Assembly (NCBI GenBank): GCA_002633005.1
Contig: NMRA01000112.1
Coordinates: 322,629-386,628, forward strand
Reading direction: 5' to 3'
DNA from: Phoronis australis
Lineage: Eukaryota; Animalia; Phoronida
DNA: 64,000 nucleotides
A program made the position numbers and the translations under genes. Positions 59,919-64,000 of the stretch are shown here, piece by piece. The notes below the pieces were generated by a model that did no database searches, was not told the origin of the DNA, and was given only the letters and a program-made list of their open reading frames with translations. The stretch's first letter is position 1, and each line of letters starts with the position of its first letter.

Positions 59919-61705
59919 ATAGACCCAATTCACGCGTCGGACATTAAAATCCAAAGCGAGGCTCACTGCGATAAATAAAGCGGAAATTTACATTTCGTGA
60001 GTTAAATGGCCGGTCTTTGGAGTCCAACCTGAATATTAAATCTTAAAAAATGTGTCAATAATTAACCACAGAAACGCAGAAAAATACAGCTTAAGAGAAG
60101 TCAATGCACCAAAGAATTGTCTAGCGAAAGGATATGAGATTTTTTCCGGAAAACTAGGTTCGAAACATGAAAAGTAAAGATAACCAAATTGCTGTGATCG
60201 TAGTGTTACAGATTAGGTATCATGCTGCATGCAGGGTTACGTTTCTTCTAATAAATTCTTGATAAAAATGCTTTCTACAAGAACTAGGTCATCTGGTCGT
60301 ATTGTTGATGAGTTGAAGATAAATTTGACAGTGGTGGCTCATAGCATTTTGCTGTGATGTGCAATTAGTCACATCTGGTTTAATTTGTTGATCAGGAGTA
60401 GGGCTATTAGCTTCAAGCATAGCCTAAGTCCTGGTGGAGGCAGGCACTACCGGGACTAACAGTTGATTTGTCATTAATCTGAAATAATACTTGATGTTAT
60501 TAAATATATATTTTGATTACGATAAAAAACAGGTTCGCAATTGAAAATAAAAAATTATATGATCATCAATTCTGCTTTCTTAGTTTTAATAATTACGTCT
60601 ATTTCATTTGTTATATTTTTCAAATATCAATCTCGACCAAGTTGAATTTTAAAATTAAATCACCCTAATTTTTTCGTCCAAATCATAATCTCGTTTTAGA
60701 GCTCAATTTCAGTTAACTGGACAGAACACGGTAGCGGATTCAGAGGGAGCCAAGGGAGCCATGCCCCCCTAAGATTCTCCCANAACGTTTCGCCGAGTGA
60801 CGGGTTAGTGAAAAATCTACTGACCTCCCGTTCACCATCAATAGCACCCGCCCTGTTGCAAGCTCTCATAGCTCTGTCTCAAGTAGCATTTTCAGTGACT
60901 GATCTAGGATACCATGAGGGGGGGGCGACATTCTCGGGGAAGCGGGCAAAGCGCGATAATATGCACGTAGGCGGCCCGGAAGTTGCGGGCGCCGAGGATG
61001 TACATGTATACCTTCTGCTCAGAAAATCTATCGTTGGACTAAAAAAATGGAACGTGTTTCCCCCTCGTCTGCTACCGGTCCTAGCTCGAACTCACTATAG
61101 TCCTCCCGCTTCACGTTTTGCTGTTTATTTTGCTTGCGGCCCGCCCCCCTCAGTCCACCTATGATTTTGTACTTTTTCAAATTGTCACCTCTGTGGTCAC
61201 AGGTGATTTGAACCGTTGGAGAGAAATTTTCAATCACTAAGGGAATTTTTAACCCCCGTGGGGCCGGGAATTTCGCGTGATTTTTCAATATTTTTGGGAG
61301 GGGAATAGGGCCGACATTTGGTATCAAAATTGAGGGATTGAGGGCCCTGTCCTTTTTGTAAAGAAAAATGCATCGCGCTTCCAGCCATAGTCATGAAAAC
61401 ACAGCCTGGTAGGCCGAAGATTCTCCGGTCCTCGTTGCTATGGCGGCATCCAGATGCGACAAATTATGATTCGAAAACTGTTATAAATTTTACACGGACA
61501 TATTTTCCTTCGTCGTGGCGTATGGCAAGGACCCAGCGCTTCCGAATCGGAACGTCCTTAGGGATTGTAAAACAGACAGTTGAGTGTCCGTATTTTTTCT
61601 AGCTGTTCGAGCAACGCGGAGTACAACTACGCGGATAAGCCACCAGAGCTATCGTAGCGAGCCTCGTCTTGGAACGCGCCTCATGTCGGCGTAAATAGGG
61701 TCTAT
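59919..61705 (+). mobile_element. Full-length copy of the AT-flanked TIR element, with nested MITEs and a single-N join at 60783
   Basis: ATAGACCCAATTCACGCG.. / ..CGGCGTAAATAGGGTCTAT; colinear with 42905-44542. Confidence 0.8.
60893..61163. mobile_element. MITE with 5-bp TSD ATTTT
   Basis: ATTTT at 60888-60892 and 61164-61168. The sister host copy at ~40840 shows the empty site GTAGCATTTTGTG. Confidence 0.8.
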
Positions 61706-62279
61706 GGGCGGTGTAATTTACGTCGCAATTAATTACTTTCTATGGTATGTAAGAAACAAAAACCGGTGTCGAGCTCATAAACTGCTCGGTCTTCCAGACG
61801 TTTAGTGACACTGGAGAGAAACCTTGGTTTGCAAAGCTGTTGACATGGCTAAAAATCGTTCCTATTTTCTTACTTTGTTGTAAAGTTAACCAATGGCTGT
61901 CTGAGGTTACATTAGCCAGTGATGAAACACGTTACTGCTGAATAATACCCGTGTGTGACCTAGCGAGTTTGTATAAAGTAGCCTAGCGGGCCGTGACTAT
62001 ACATTACTAGAGTATAAAACACTTTACCCAAAGGAGCAAACATCTGCAGCTGTTGTCAGAGAAAGCGGAGCTGCTAACCAACTTTTAAGTATGTAATTCT
62101 TCCTTAATGCAATTTTGCTTACTTTTCATTGAATAGACCTTACATTTTATCAGTTTTAAATTGCTTAGCGTTTTTAAGTTTTAGGGACGTGGCACTGGTG
62201 ATTAATCTCTGAGACAGTTTTGCTTAAATTTCAGCCCGAGAGATAACTCTTAATTCTTACCAGCTGTTTACATCAAATC

Positions 62280-63520
62280 ATATGTTGATATCTCCATGAT
62301 AGCAAATAGCAGCATATGTTAACAAAAACAACAACGGTTTTAAGTCGACTTGACATGTTTCGGTGTCATTTATTCAAACACCATCATCAGAAGAGAGAAT
62401 ACAGTGGCCATTACTTGTTGCTGGGCCTAGCGAGAGTATTTTGCTGTCAAGTACCGTCTCAGAACATAAATGAATGAGCGGCCTCTCTCCCCTATCACGA
62501 TATGGTTATGAAGCTATGCATGATATGTGCGAATTATTACGGTGACATTACGGATTTTACACAGTTTTGGGATTATTAGTGGGTGGGATAGGCATCTTGA
62601 AGTTATTACCGTTGACCAAATCTAAAAAAGCAACAAAATCTGTCGCGTTTTTCTGACTTGAATCACATATGGCCAATTCTCGCCTTTTGTTGTTGGACAT
62701 TAGGAGAAATTGAAACCAGTTCCTATACCAGTAAAATGCGCTTAAAATGCATTGCATTTATCAAGTGGAGAGTGAGGCCGCGTTACGAGTGCGAGAGGCT
62801 TTAGTTTGAATCAGCTCCGAAACAGATTTCTATGAGTTATCCTTGTTCATGGATGATTTTATGAGCTCAGGCTTAAAATGGTGTTGGTTAGGATATTAGA
62901 AGAAAAGAGTACCTTCAGAAGTCGATGTTCCCAGAACTTTCCTTTTTGTATGTTTAAATACACACGAGGAAATAGCAAAACACTGTGGTTATGTTCAGGG
63001 GTAGGAGACTATCGCGGATCATGGCTGAGTGAGTATTTTGAAAAGGTTCGGCAGCAGATGTTTATTGTTATCGGCCATACTAAAAGCAAAAGCCACCTTT
63101 TCAAAGGAAACGAAACCGATTTCCCGTATCTCATATGTGGTCATATACTATCGATTAGGATTTTCCGGATCACATATGTTGTCAAGGGGCTTCGATTTCA
63201 AATGCCTTGTCTACAGCAATCTGTATACAGATACATGTAGTTTGACGAACTTCGGTACAGACGTTTTCAATGCGGACCGAAATACCAACAGAAGACTAGT
63301 TTTACAGTAGAAATATACAAATACTGTCAAATGTGAGTGAGAGGGAAGTCTCGACGAATCCCAATCAAAGTCAGAAAAATCTTCACAGTTGAAAATTTTG
63401 CACTCGATTTGAATACTTGAGGATAGTTTACAATATCTTTCACACACAGATTTGGAAGACGTGCTCCAATGAAGCTGACAAGCTGGCAACAGATGACGAT
63501 GAATTTCGGACCAAGTCCAC
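62280..63520 (-). mobile_element. Highly decayed Penelope-like element 3' region
   Basis: Weak PLE-like fragments SFIG..VNYPQV, HSAMIRD and KVLGTS..FKPEL lie upstream of the hammerhead motif. Confidence 0.4.
62349..62393 (-). ncRNA. Minimal type I hammerhead ribozyme motif (Penelope-LTR type)
   Basis: CUU CUGAUGA U GGUGU-UUGAAUAAAUG-ACACC GAAA C AU GUC AAG: intact core, 5-bp stem II, palindromic ACAUGU stem III, GUC triplet and a CUU/AAG stem I. Confidence 0.75.
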
Positions 63521-64000
63521 TAGCGCTCTGCTCCCCTCAAGGCAATTTTATTTGTTACGTTTCAGGCCGTAGGAAGCGGGGCTCCGGGGGGCGGGAGGGG
63601 TGTACGCGCCAGTAAAATGAGAGTAAATGTGTGAACTCAAAATACTTGTGTTTATTTATCGCAAATGGCGAAACCGGAAGGACTAACAAAAATAGTCAAA
63701 CGAATAACTCGCGTAAAATAATAAACCGGAAACCAATAGTGGCGTAATGTCTCTTTAAGTCCTTTGAAGTAACACTTATCAGTCCTAAGAAAAAATTAGC
63801 ACAATACATGTAATACACTTGAACTAGGATCGGTACCATCAAAGTCCAGGGAGGATACCATAACACTTAATCAACCACAAAATCCTGAAGGTAGGTTGGA
63901 GGACGTTTGGTCCTGGAAGAGCGTCGCAAAGGAACGTCTCCCGTCACGTCAAGTGTACCGCTGCTAGTATGACCCGCATCATTGGTAGGAACAACATCAT

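Overview
This is AT-rich eukaryotic DNA, most likely from a marine invertebrate (inferred from the transposon spectrum and spliceosomal signals). It has a 400-N gap (4167-4566) and two single-N joins (32249, 60783). The only clearly recognisable host genes are two minus-strand paralogues of a TRIM-type E3 ligase whose ORF lies in one exon (RING, B-box, coiled coil, NHL-like beta-propeller). One is complete (6003-7736); the other is cut at a single N (32250-33617). They lie in a duplicated block of about 2.7 kb and differ at about 63 of 456 aligned residues by manual count. The rest is a dense, nested mosaic of decayed mobile DNA: Sola3-like, hAT, Tc1/mariner, Academ and THAP/ISL2EU-type DNA transposons, CR1/L2-group LINEs, Penelope-like elements, a Helentron/HINE-like tandem dimer and many MITEs. 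The most notable non-coding signals are a minimal hammerhead ribozyme motif with an intact core at a Penelope-like terminus (62349-62393) plus a variant (40001-40035), a palindromic MITE carrying a 21-bp-phased TATCGATA array, a hairpin with two tandem GA/GA mismatches, and a set of MITEs with 5-bp target-site duplications (TSDs). All family assignments come from motif recognition by eye; no searches were run.
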